Origin: Chrysochromulina tobinii
Taxonomy: Eukaryota
Reading direction: 5' to 3'
Length of the DNA: 48,998 nucleotides
Assembly: GCA_001275005.1 (NCBI GenBank)
Contig: JWZX01003387.1
Coordinates: 1-48,998, forward strand
The notes beneath the pieces were generated by a model. It was not told the origin of the DNA, did not search any database, and worked only from the letters and a program-made list of their open reading frames with translations. Made by a program: the position numbers and the translations under genes. This document shows, piece by piece, positions 10,929 through 20,479 of the stretch (position 1 is the first letter of the stretch; the number at the start of each line of letters is the position of its first letter).

Positions 10929-13595
10929 TCAGCCCGTGTAGGCTTGCACCTGCCGGAGTGGCGTGAAGACAAGGTCGCGCACGCTCTCGGAGACGCCGTT
11001 GCCCTCGACAACAATCTCGACCGTGTCGAGCGAGAACTCACTCGCGTAACGACGCCCGAGGGCGAGCGTTCGCCCCAACGTCATGCGGTACCACTCGAGG
11101 AAGCGAGGCATCCCTGAAGCACCCTTGGCGGCCGCCTCGTGTGCGCCCAGCAGCCCGCACGCACCCGCGAACAAATTGGCCAGCGTCTCCTTCTTGTGTC
11201 GGCGCGCATCGTCCAGTTCGACCCGTGCTTCGGCTACTTCGGCCTCAGCTTGGCCGATGGCCGCGTCGTCCATGCCCTTGGCCACGAGGTCGGCGAGGCG
11301 CCTCTCGCGTCTGCGCAGCACCTGCGTTGCGTCGCGTTGAAGAAGCACGACGCTTTCAACGAGCTCACCTACGGCCTCCCAGCCCCCCTGCCCGAGCCCG
11401 CCGCGTCCATCCGGATGGAAGGCGAAGGCGAGGAGCGCCGAGCCGTCGATGACTTTGTGCTTGCGCAGCTTCGAGAGGAGCAGTGCCTGCATCTGCGGCG
11501 AGGCGCGCCAGTAGCGCCATCCCGCGCTGAGCAGCTCGACCTTGTCAGCGGCGCTCGCGCTGACGAGACGCAGCAGCTCACCATACTTTACGAGAAGCCG
11601 CTCGAGGTGTGAAATGCTCTTTGCGCCCGCATCAAGCAGCGTCTGAACGACGAGGGCCACTCGCTCAGGCGAGGCTTCTACCGGTAGGGGAACGCCGTCG
11701 CCGTCGGCCGAGGGCACTCTGGTATACGGCGGCGGCGCCCTGTCGAGCCAGCTGATAACTTGCTCATTCGTGAGCTTCGCGCGGAGCTTGTCGAGGAGCT
11801 CGTTGGAGAGGGCGGCGGGGGTTCCCGGCGAGGGTTCCCGGCGGGGGTTCCCGGCGCCCCCAACGGCCGAGTCTCCCCAATCGAGGCACCCTTCGAACGT
11901 ACTCGGCAGGTATGGCCGGAAGGGCGCGGGGCAGCCCCTCTCCCCGGCCGCGGGGCAGCCCCTCTCCACACGCTCGAGGAACGAGAGCCGCGTCATATGA
12001 TCGAGAGTGAGCTGCACGAAGCGCTCGCGAGGGCTAGCTGCCTCGAGCACGGCAGCTGCCGATACGGACGGCGACCCTAGGGCAGCGCCCCAGGGGCGCG
12101 CAAATAAATGCAGCGCCTCAGAGAATCCGAAATTGGAGACGTGTAGCGCGAGCCATGAGGCGAGGCGCTCGACCAGCTCGGTGTCGAGGCGCGGCAGAGC
12201 GGTAAAGAGCACGTTGAGGGCGGCCTCGAGCGCGAGTGGCACCGCCGGCACGTTCTTGCACAGGTCGACGATGACGCAAGTGTGCATCACGACCTTGTGC
12301 TTGGGCGCGGGCAAGGCAAGCAGGTACGAGAGGAGCACCTCGACGATCATCGAGGCCCATTGGGTTTCGTCGAGGCCCATCTGCTCGCCAAGCCCTTGCA
12401 ACTGCTTCGCACAGTCCTTGTGGGACTCGGCGAAGGCAAGCACCAACATGAAGGCATGCTCCTCGAGCAACAGACGGTCGGCCGGCGCGAGCAACTCGCT
12501 GCCACGGCCGCCGCCGCCGCCGCCACCGCCGCGGCCAGCAGCGCGGTCGAGCGCGGGCGGCGGGCGGCGCACCGACACACGTACGTCACGCCCCATCTCG
12601 TCCACCTGCATCTCATCCGCCTCGTCGGCATCCGCGTCCCCGATCAGCGCGTCCATCGAGTCCACCATGGGCCTGTCAACCGCGGAGGCGGACGGCAGAA
12701 GCCGCAGCCGATGGAAGGCCGGATAGGTGCAGCCGGCGGAATGCGCGGGAACTATAATTGGACCCAGTGGGTGCATGGGCGCTTCGGCGAGCCGGGAGGC
12801 GAAAGCGCGGTGCGGTGCGACTAAGAACGGAGACGACCAGCCCCCATCCTCGCGCATCGTTGTAACGATCGTGTGCAGAGCGTCGAAGTGCTCAACAAAC
12901 TCGTCCGGCGCAGTCGCCGCACCATAGGGCAACAGGAGTGGCCCTATATCCCGGAGCGGCCTGCGGCGGGCGGCCTGCTCGTCGAGGCTCGCGAGAAGTC
13001 CCGCGAGCGCCTCGGGCGCCTCAGCCGCCAGCTCCTTACCGCAGAGAACCAGCGCATCCATCACAACGACCGCGAACCAGTCGGCGCGCGCAAGCGGCTT
13101 TGCCTGGCCACTCTCGCCCTGGACAGTCTCGTCCTCGCCACCCTCTCGCGCGTCGAGCAGCCGCTCGAGCAGCTCGACGACGGAGGAGCAGGCGATCGTG
13201 CGCGCGCTCATCAGCCCGCAGAAGAAGCGAGTCAGCCCGCGGATGGCCATCGGCGCGTGGTCCTCGAACGCGCCCTGCAGCTCGCGATGCGCCGCCTCCA
13301 CGATCTCGCCACCGATGTCGCTGTCGGCCGCGTTGAGCAAGCCGGTGAGCGTTGCGTACACCGTGGATTTGGTGTGTAGTGAGCGCGCGCAGTCGATCAC
13401 CGTCTCGATGATTAGGCTACGCTGGAACTTGAAGTCGGGCTTGAGCACGACCGTGAGATCTTCGAGATGGTTGGTAAGATGCATGGCGCTGGCCTTGTCG
13501 CCAATCCTCACGATGAGGTCGCGGATTGTAGGAGGTGGAGGTGGAGGTACGTCGTCAGGAGCGCGACTAGGTTGCTGGTCGCGGCCGCGCTTCAT
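10929..13595 (-). CDS. NCBP1: Nuclear cap-binding protein subunit 1 (CBP80), MIF4G-type
   Basis: N-terminal MKRGR NLS; LIVRIGD; KSTVYATLTGLLN; WLALHVSNFGF; RLSF; GAKSISH. Confidence 0.9.
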   Translation of the reverse strand: MKRGRDQQPSRAPDDVPPPPPPTIRDLIVRIGDKASAMHLTNHLEDLTVVLKPDFKFQRSLIIETVIDCARSLHTKSTVYATLTGLLNAADSDIGGEIVEAAHRELQGAFEDHAPMAIRGLTRFFCGLMSARTIACSSVVELLERLLDAREGGEDETVQGESGQAKPLARADWFAVVVMDALVLCGKELAAEAPEALAGLLASLDEQAARRRPLRDIGPLLLPYGAATAPDEFVEHFDALHTIVTTMREDGGWSSPFLVAPHRAFASRLAEAPMHPLGPIIVPAHSAGCTYPAFHRLRLLPSASAVDRPMVDSMDALIGDADADEADEMQVDEMGRDVRVSVRRPPPALDRAAGRGGGGGGGGRGSELLAPADRLLLEEHAFMLVLAFAESHKDCAKQLQGLGEQMGLDETQWASMIVEVLLSYLLALPAPKHKVVMHTCVIVDLCKNVPAVPLALEAALNVLFTALPRLDTELVERLASWLALHVSNFGFSEALHLFARPWGAALGSPSVSAAAVLEAASPRERFVQLTLDHMTRLSFLERVERGCPAAGERGCPAPFRPYLPSTFEGCLDWGDSAVGGAGNPRREPSPGTPAALSNELLDKLRAKLTNEQVISWLDRAPPPYTRVPSADGDGVPLPVEASPERVALVVQTLLDAGAKSISHLERLLVKYGELLRLVSASAADKVELLSAGWRYWRASPQMQALLLSKLRKHKVIDGSALLAFAFHPDGRGGLGQGGWEAVGELVESVVLLQRDATQVLRRRERRLADLVAKGMDDAAIGQAEAEVAEARVELDDARRHKKETLANLFAGACGLLGAHEAAAKGASGMPRFLEWYRMTLGRTLALGRRYASEFSLDTVEIVVEGNGVSESVRDLVFTPLRQVQAYTG

Positions 13596-13821
13596 CGCGA
13601 AGCAGGGACACGTGAGAGGCCGCGTGTCGAAATGATTTCACACCTTTCACACCTTTCACTTTGTAGAAAAAATGTGCACCATACGTCGCTTATTGCATGC
13701 AAGTTAGATTGGCAAGAGTCTCAGTGGTCTGGTAAGCACGCGACGCGCAAAGTCTTGCCAGAGCCGAAGGGGCGTGCCAGTCGCCACCCTCCTCCTTTCT
13801 AGGGAACAGCACCCGGTACAA

Positions 13822-14880
13822 ATGGCCGAGGAGGGCGAGGAGGGCGACAAGGGCCGGGTGCCACCGACGACGCGTGCAATGACCGCGAGTCGATCGTCCA
13901 GGCCGTTGCTGATCAAGCCGCTGAGCAAACTGGATCATCTGGGCTTACCGTTGAGCTCGAGCAGCAATCAGAAGTTTAAGTACGCGCGCACGTGCACCAT
14001 CATCTTCGACCAGGAGAAGGCGCGTGATCTCAAGGAGGAGAAGCAGTGGGTCCTGCTGAAGGACACCAAGGTGGTGATGGACATGAGCACAGCTGGCCTC
14101 AAGCGTCTCTTCTCTCTCTTCAAGGAGGCGTCACGGGGCATGGGCGTGGGTGATTCCATGATCGGCCCGCGTGCGTTCAGCTTGGCGCTACGCCAGATGG
14201 GCCTTCGTGATCCCGTCCACATCGACAGACTCTTCAAGAACTTTAACCATCCGAATCAACCCGAAAAAATTGATTTCAGGGAGTACATACGCACGCTCTG
14301 CTCAGTCAACGAGGAGCCCATTGAGGATAGGTTGCGCCTGCTCTTCGACGTCTGGGACGTGGACCACTCAGGCTCGCTCTCCTACTCCGAGTTAGGCATA
14401 ATCATAGTGACTGGTGTGGACTCGGGCGACCTCGACACGGTGACCGAGGCCTTCAACCGCGTGTGGTCCGAAATCCGTAGCCAGTCGCAAAATAAGGAGG
14501 AGGACTGGATCGGGCCAGGGCGCGCCGCAGGGATCTCGAAGGAGGACCTGGTCGAGTCGGCCAGGCGGCCCGGCTTTGTGCGCGACTTCTTCATGCAGCA
14601 ACTCACCAGGCAGGCGCCCGCGAGTAAAGAACACTCTCTCAACTTTGCGGCGCGGTTGCGCGAGCTTGAGGCCCAGATCGTCAAGGAGGTGGAACGAGAC
14701 GGACTGAAGGAGCAGGAGGCCAGGGCGGCCAAGGCGGCAGCTGCCGCCGCGGAGTTGAAGAAGCGGCGCTCCCTCGGCGGCTCTAAGTCGGCGAGCAGCA
14801 TTTTGCTCGGCGCCGATTCGAAGTCCAAGCTGAAGCTGAGTGGCGGGTCCCCTACAAGGTTGCCGCGTGCCGCCGATTAA
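13822..14880 (+). CDS. EF-hand calcium-binding protein (calcineurin B/NCS-like core)
   Basis: KIDFREY..EDRLRLLFDVWDVDHSGSLSYSEL; first ATG at 13822. Confidence 0.8.
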   Translation: MAEEGEEGDKGRVPPTTRAMTASRSSRPLLIKPLSKLDHLGLPLSSSSNQKFKYARTCTIIFDQEKARDLKEEKQWVLLKDTKVVMDMSTAGLKRLFSLFKEASRGMGVGDSMIGPRAFSLALRQMGLRDPVHIDRLFKNFNHPNQPEKIDFREYIRTLCSVNEEPIEDRLRLLFDVWDVDHSGSLSYSELGIIIVTGVDSGDLDTVTEAFNRVWSEIRSQSQNKEEDWIGPGRAAGISKEDLVESARRPGFVRDFFMQQLTRQAPASKEHSLNFAARLRELEAQIVKEVERDGLKEQEARAAKAAAAAAELKKRRSLGGSKSASSILLGADSKSKLKLSGGSPTRLPRAAD

Positions 14881-14934
14881 ACTTCTCGCATAGACGGACA
14901 AATAAAACTTCCGCCGGGCAGGATTCGTCACAAA

Positions 14935-15657
14935 ATGAGGTCGAGACATTTAGTCGTGGTCTTGTTTGCGCGCGTCGCCACAGCTCACTCGCTGTCCCTG
15001 CCTGCGAAGCTTTTCTTCAACTGGTTCAAGAGCAGCGAGGCAGTTGCTGCCGTCCACCGCAAGCATGTCCAGGGAGATACAGTCCAGCACATGCTCAAAT
15101 CTACACCATTTGCAGCAGCCCCCGATGAGCTCAAGCTCCAGTTCGCACGAGGACCTGCCGGCGCAGCAGTGTCCGAGTTCATGCGGCTCGAGCAGCAGTA
15201 CGTCGGTGACTGGAAGCTTGAGCGCATTGTCGAGGCGGCCGGTACCGACTTCGATCCTATTGCTGCGCGCGACCTGCTGGTAGCAGAAGCCACAACTGCA
15301 CCTGTTGTGATGTTCTCGTTCGTGGACTGCCCTTGGTGTCTTCTTGCGAAGGGTGCTTTGCGCGCGCAGATTTCCATCGCTGGCGCTGCTGAGGACGCGC
15401 TTCGTGTTGTCGAGCTTGAAGAGCTCGGTCGGGAAGGCAAGCGTCTCCGCGCAGCACTTGCAATAGCCACTGGCCGCACCTCAATGCCAGCTGTCTTTAT
15501 CAATAGCCGAGCGATCGGTGGCTATACGGACGGTGAACCGGCCGGAGACGAGGCGCTATGCTTGGCTGGCAGCCCAGGCCTGAAGCAGCTCATCGAGGAC
15601 GGCACTTTCCAGGGCCTGCTGAAATCGGCGCTCGCGAGTCGTGATAACCGCCCTTAA
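14935..15657 (+). CDS. Glutaredoxin-domain protein (CPWC) with signal/transit-like N-terminus
   Basis: VVMFSFVDCPWC..ATGRTSMPAVFI..IGGYTD. Confidence 0.85.
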   Translation: MRSRHLVVVLFARVATAHSLSLPAKLFFNWFKSSEAVAAVHRKHVQGDTVQHMLKSTPFAAAPDELKLQFARGPAGAAVSEFMRLEQQYVGDWKLERIVEAAGTDFDPIAARDLLVAEATTAPVVMFSFVDCPWCLLAKGALRAQISIAGAAEDALRVVELEELGREGKRLRAALAIATGRTSMPAVFINSRAIGGYTDGEPAGDEALCLAGSPGLKQLIEDGTFQGLLKSALASRDNRP

Positions 15658-16025
15658 AACCGCCCGCGAATTGGCTCATAACGGCTTATCAGAAAACGTA
15701 AGACAGCGAGCGGTATATGTGTCTCTGATATAGTTCGGTACACTTTACGCTCGGTAACGCCGCGTTATGACTGTCGACCGCTACACGAATACGACGCTCG
15801 ACCGCTACTGGCACCCCTATCGTCGCATACGATAACTGGAAGTTGTGTGGCATCCTTCGTCCGGAACGATTCAGAGATCCGAGGGTCGCCGCGTTCGTAC
15901 CCTGAGACGTGGGGAAGCGTCGCGAGGTGATCCCTGGAGCGCCGTGACGATCGCCCCGACGGTCGGCTCGAAGATCACCACATCACTCGCAGTTCACTCA
16001 TACGATCACTCGAGGTTAGGCAAGT

Positions 16026-17184
16026 TCATGCTTCCCTGGCCTCGGCGATCTCCGTGGCGAGGATCGCCTGACGGCGTGCTCGGCCAGGGAGTAGGGGATA
16101 GGTCAGAGGCTAGGTCAGGGACTGGAGTAGCCTGCTCGGCAGCAGCTTTGAGGCGCGGCTCGATGACGATCTGCGCAGCGGGAGGCGCCCGAGGCGGCCC
16201 CTCATTCAAGCCCCAAAAGTCGAAGTCGGGGATGTTGTGCCAGCAGCGCGGCGAAGGTTTTTCAAGCGTCGCCGCACGCGCGCTTAGTGAACCAGTGTCG
16301 TGGAAAGTCGTAGGCCTGAGCCCTGTGCCGCGACGTGGCGAAGGCAGCGGCAGCAGTGTCGAGAGCACGTGATGCCGAGCTTGCTTCGGGTAGGCAGGCA
16401 CGGGCCGCACGCCTAGGCCAGAATATGGGGCGTGCGCGCCTGGCCCTGGCGAGGGCGGCAGCTCTCGAGGTGAACGGGCTGCCCGAGCGACCCGTGTCCG
16501 GCAGAGAGCATTGACGGCGTTCGGCATTGGTTGGCGATGACGACTGATCTCGATACGCTCGGGAGCGGCATCCTGGGTCACCACTGGACGTGGGACGACG
16601 ACGGGCTCACGGCCTGAGCCGAGTGCAAAATCAATGCGCGGCGACCTGCGGAGGACCGTGTCCAAACTTGGCGAGTATGAACCCGGCCCGCAAAGTGCGC
16701 CTGCTGGCTGCGGGGGCTTCATGAGCACTAGTGCGCCCGTCTCGTCGGCCTCGTATCCCCACGCTTGATCCGATCTTGGGATGGACGGCTGTGACGGCAG
16801 TCGATCAAGCTTTACGTGCGCCGGGGGTCTAAACCATCCCCGCGAGGTTTTGTTCCTTGGGGAGAGGGGCATTTGCAATGGCTTGCCTACAAGCCGCACT
16901 TCCATGGCCCCAAGCGGCGTTGCTATATCTCGCGGGGACATGTTGTTATATTTCTGCAGCAAGCGTGCCAGGTCAACATCGAAGAGCGGCGATATTGGAG
17001 TCCACGTGCCAGAACCTCGTGCCAGTTCGGTCATAGGCGTTCGGTCGCAACCCCTGCCACACGCGCGTCCGGCCTCGGTGTTTCCGTTCCTCGCCCATGA
17101 CAGCGGTTTCACCGTAACCTCCGATAACGGTACGTTGCTCTCATCGTCACGTTCCAACTCGGTCCCGTCGAACGGTCTTTTCAA
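16026..17184 (-). CDS. Hypothetical Pro-rich protein with SHIPPO/ODF3-like PGPG-x-Y motifs; probable GC-AG intron 16131-16068; start uncertain (first ATG 17034)
   Basis: GPGSYSP and SPGPGAH motifs; splicing gives the C-terminus AEQ|AILATEIAEAREA*. Confidence 0.5.
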
Positions 17185-17194
17185 CTAGAAAATT

Positions 17195-17202
17195 GCGGGA
17201 AA
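17195..17202. promoter_or_regulatory. E2F-consensus site (GCGGGAAA) in a short divergent promoter
   Basis: Exact TTTSSCGC match on the minus strand, ~40 bp upstream of the Sfi1-like ATG; a single 8-mer may occur by chance. Confidence 0.25.
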
Positions 17203-17238
17203 TTTGGATGGAAACGCTCAAATCGGCGTCGGACTTCG

Positions 17239-20112
17239 ATGTCTAGGCTGCGTTCGCCCTTCATTTCTGAAGACGTGGCAGTGCTCACCTACGCTCCTCC
17301 GTTGACCCCAGCCGCGTACGTGCCGGACTCGCCGCCGAATGCTCCGTTGGACGCCATTAACACGCACATGCCAGACTCGCCGCCGAATGCTCGGTTGGAC
17401 GCCCTTAAACAGCTTGCAGCGGCAGCGCCCGACCCATTTCAAGTGGATGAGCTCCGGAGCCCACCATCGCGTGTTGAGGTGCTCCTGCAAGAGACGCCCC
17501 TCAGTAGTCGACGTACTGGTCTCGCATTGGACACTGCAGCGTTAGCCTACTACTGCAATGTGGCGCAGCGTGCGGCTCTACAAAAGTGGCATCAGCTATT
17601 GCAGCTGGAGGCCACCCGCCTTGCACGATTTGACGCCATTACTCACTACCTGCCCCTCCAGATGGTCTGGCACTGCTGGTGGCACCGCTTGCGACGATGG
17701 ATGGCAGCCAGGCTCGCGCGTGAAGCCGCATCGCATCATTTCTGCCAGCGTGTTACGCAGAGCAGTGTGCAGAAGATGATCGGCGCAGCGCTATTCCAAT
17801 GCAAGGTTGAACACGCCCATGCACTCGGTCGGCGTCGAGCGATCTCGGAAGCGCTCGGGACTCTGCGCTTGCGAGTCGTCATATACAAGGTGCACCTGGA
17901 GCGCGTTGAGCGTCGCAACAGCTCCCATTCTCCAACCCTTGGCGCTGTAGTCCTCGTTCGACCCTTACGAGTGTGGAACGATGCTTCCCGGCTCGAGCAG
18001 AGCTGCAGACGCGCGTGCCGCCGCATTGACGTCATCCGTCTCGCAAGGGCATTGTTGGCTCTCCGACTGGCGGCTGCTCTGTGCCTCGATGGCGAGGGCA
18101 CGCAGCCGCGCAGCTTCCGAAATCGACGACTTCTCGTCGTGCTGGATCTCTGGCGTACCCTCTGTGCGAGGCGACACGCGCTCGTCAGCTGTTTTGAGCG
18201 AGCAGCACAACAGAGGAGCCGTCAGTTGCTGGCCCGCTGGCAACGATCCTCGCGGCTCCACAGACTAGCTGGCACTGGCTTCTTCACGCAGCTAGAGCAA
18301 CGTGTGCGACACGCTTGGGAACGGTGGCAACTCAACGGGCTTCTCCTCGAGCAGAAAGCGGCAGCGATGGAGCTCGCGCTCGACGCTTTGAGGGCCGCCT
18401 GGTGTAGCCTATTTTTCCTACGGCTACGCGAAGCCTGTCGCTGCGAGACGGCTCTGGGGATGGCCTGCGCGCATGCGCGGCTGGGCGACCTTCAGATCCG
18501 GATGCGTGATTGGTGTCGCCTCACTGAGACCCGTGCCCAAGTGCAGACTTGTGTCACGCTCGCCAACCTGCACGTCACACGACGCACGCTGACGCAGTGG
18601 CACGTCTCTTCACAGTGCCGGATGGCAAGCCAAGAAGCGCTCGCAGGCCGCGCGGGGCATGCTCTGCAAGCCGTGAAAGCCCACCGAGCGCGTTGGTTTT
18701 GGGAGGTGTGGAAGACGCGATCGGCGGAGCGTTGGGCGGCGATGGCTGGGGCACACAGGTGCTGCAGTTGGCGGCGCTGGCGGGTCGCTTCACAGCTTCG
18801 ATCCGCGCTTGATGAAAGACTGACTCGAGCCATCCTTCTAGTGTCAGCACGGCTGGAAGCGCTGAGGCGCAAGCGGGCGATGCGTCGCTGGCGCGAGGCG
18901 TTGCGGGTGGTGCGGCACGCGATGCTCCGGAACGAAATCCTTCTGGTGCTAGTACCGTTGCGAACGCTGAGACTCAGGTGGGCGTCACGTCGTTGGCACG
19001 AGGCATTGCTGGAGACGCGGCGCGAGAGTCGAGCGTTGCAGCGCTGGACAAAAGCCACCAGGGCTCGACTTACTCAGAAGGCGAATCACATCCGCGCTCG
19101 AGCGGAGCACCTGCGTGGTGCTTGGATCACGTGGCACTGCGCGCATCTTGCCATCGAACTCGAGCGCACCGCTGCGATTGCACGCTCACGCCGTCACATT
19201 ACATTTGGACTCTTGCGTGGGCGTCAACGCGCGCTGCGTTGTTTGTTGCACTGGTCCACGCGTGTTAGGCGAGGACAGCAATGGACTGCCTTGCTTCGCG
19301 CCCTTTCGTCGCGGGCGGCCATCCGTCGAGCAATTGCTTGCTGGCGTGCGCCCCATTTCAATGACATCCTGCATTGCAGAGCAGCTGTGCACCATCAGCT
19401 CTCTCGGATTCTCATTCGTTGGGCACGTGCGCCACGTTTGAAATACAGCCTGCAGTGCAGAGCAGCTGTGCATCATCAGCTCTCTCGGACTCTCATTCGT
19501 TGGGTACGCTGGTGGTGGTGGCACTTTCAGTTGCCTAGAAAAGTGGCGTCGCGTGGCGAGATGGGTCGCAGTTGGGAGGTCTGGAAAGATCGAGTCCTCG
19601 ATGCAAAGCGGGCGGCCGCTGCGTACTTTGCCGAGGCCGTCCGGTGGCACGCAATCTTTGCTAAGACACGCACGATGCTTCAGCTCATGCGCCATCGCCT
19701 GTTGCGATCAGCTCGTCGGACGGTCGCTAATACTCAACGTGCCCTACTTCGTCGTGCCATGCTGATCGACTGCCTTAGAAAATGGCGTCGCTCGGTGGCG
19801 TGGCGCGTCAGCTACTCGGTGTGGAAGGTGTGGGAGCCTCTCAAAAGATTGCGACGTTGGAATGCAACGGCGCGCCGGCCGCGCTCCATTGCAAGCCTCG
19901 GCCGACGAGCAGCCGTGCTGGCCTGGCGCCGGCGATTGGGCCAAGCATTCAAGGCCTGGCGCCAGTTCTTCATGCTCCCGGCGCGTTACGATCGGATCCT
20001 GGCGGCGGGGCTACGGCACGGTGAGCTCGGCAAGCGCGCTGCGCGGCCATTGAGCAGCAGCACCACCAACCGGCGTCCCCCTTTCGTTGTATCGGTGCGT
20101 GCCGCACACTGA
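17239..20112 (+). CDS. Arg/Trp-rich helical repeat protein, Sfi1-like (candidate centrin-binding)
   Basis: 957-aa ORF with regularly recurring L/F-x-x-W-R motifs (ALQKW, AMRRWR, CLRKWR, AFKAWR). Confidence 0.6.
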   Translation: MSRLRSPFISEDVAVLTYAPPLTPAAYVPDSPPNAPLDAINTHMPDSPPNARLDALKQLAAAAPDPFQVDELRSPPSRVEVLLQETPLSSRRTGLALDTAALAYYCNVAQRAALQKWHQLLQLEATRLARFDAITHYLPLQMVWHCWWHRLRRWMAARLAREAASHHFCQRVTQSSVQKMIGAALFQCKVEHAHALGRRRAISEALGTLRLRVVIYKVHLERVERRNSSHSPTLGAVVLVRPLRVWNDASRLEQSCRRACRRIDVIRLARALLALRLAAALCLDGEGTQPRSFRNRRLLVVLDLWRTLCARRHALVSCFERAAQQRSRQLLARWQRSSRLHRLAGTGFFTQLEQRVRHAWERWQLNGLLLEQKAAAMELALDALRAAWCSLFFLRLREACRCETALGMACAHARLGDLQIRMRDWCRLTETRAQVQTCVTLANLHVTRRTLTQWHVSSQCRMASQEALAGRAGHALQAVKAHRARWFWEVWKTRSAERWAAMAGAHRCCSWRRWRVASQLRSALDERLTRAILLVSARLEALRRKRAMRRWREALRVVRHAMLRNEILLVLVPLRTLRLRWASRRWHEALLETRRESRALQRWTKATRARLTQKANHIRARAEHLRGAWITWHCAHLAIELERTAAIARSRRHITFGLLRGRQRALRCLLHWSTRVRRGQQWTALLRALSSRAAIRRAIACWRAPHFNDILHCRAAVHHQLSRILIRWARAPRLKYSLQCRAAVHHQLSRTLIRWVRWWWWHFQLPRKVASRGEMGRSWEVWKDRVLDAKRAAAAYFAEAVRWHAIFAKTRTMLQLMRHRLLRSARRTVANTQRALLRRAMLIDCLRKWRRSVAWRVSYSVWKVWEPLKRLRRWNATARRPRSIASLGRRAAVLAWRRRLGQAFKAWRQFFMLPARYDRILAAGLRHGELGKRAARPLSSSTTNRRPPFVVSVRAAH

Positions 20113-20479
20113 ATGGGATCAAATACCATGGTAGGGATCCCTTGGGTCTTGGCCGAGACTCAGTACGGGACGCGGGACGGCGACAAAAACCTTCAGGGAC
20201 CTGCAATAGGCACGAATGTGAGCAGTCGGACCAGTGTGACGCCATTATAATCGAGTGACGTGAAACCGTCAATAATCAAAGTACCGGGTAGTACCAATCA
20301 AGGTACTGTACTGTACAGAACAAATTCGAAAAAAGTTTGAACTCTGAACTCTCGTGAGCTGAATAACGCAACCGCGAGTGTCCGCGACGAAGACCCGCCG
20401 TGTGCCAAGCCAACCCTATCGCCGTCTCCCACTTGTGAGTCTTCTGGGCTAAGGATCCGTGGCACTGGCTACAACCTAC

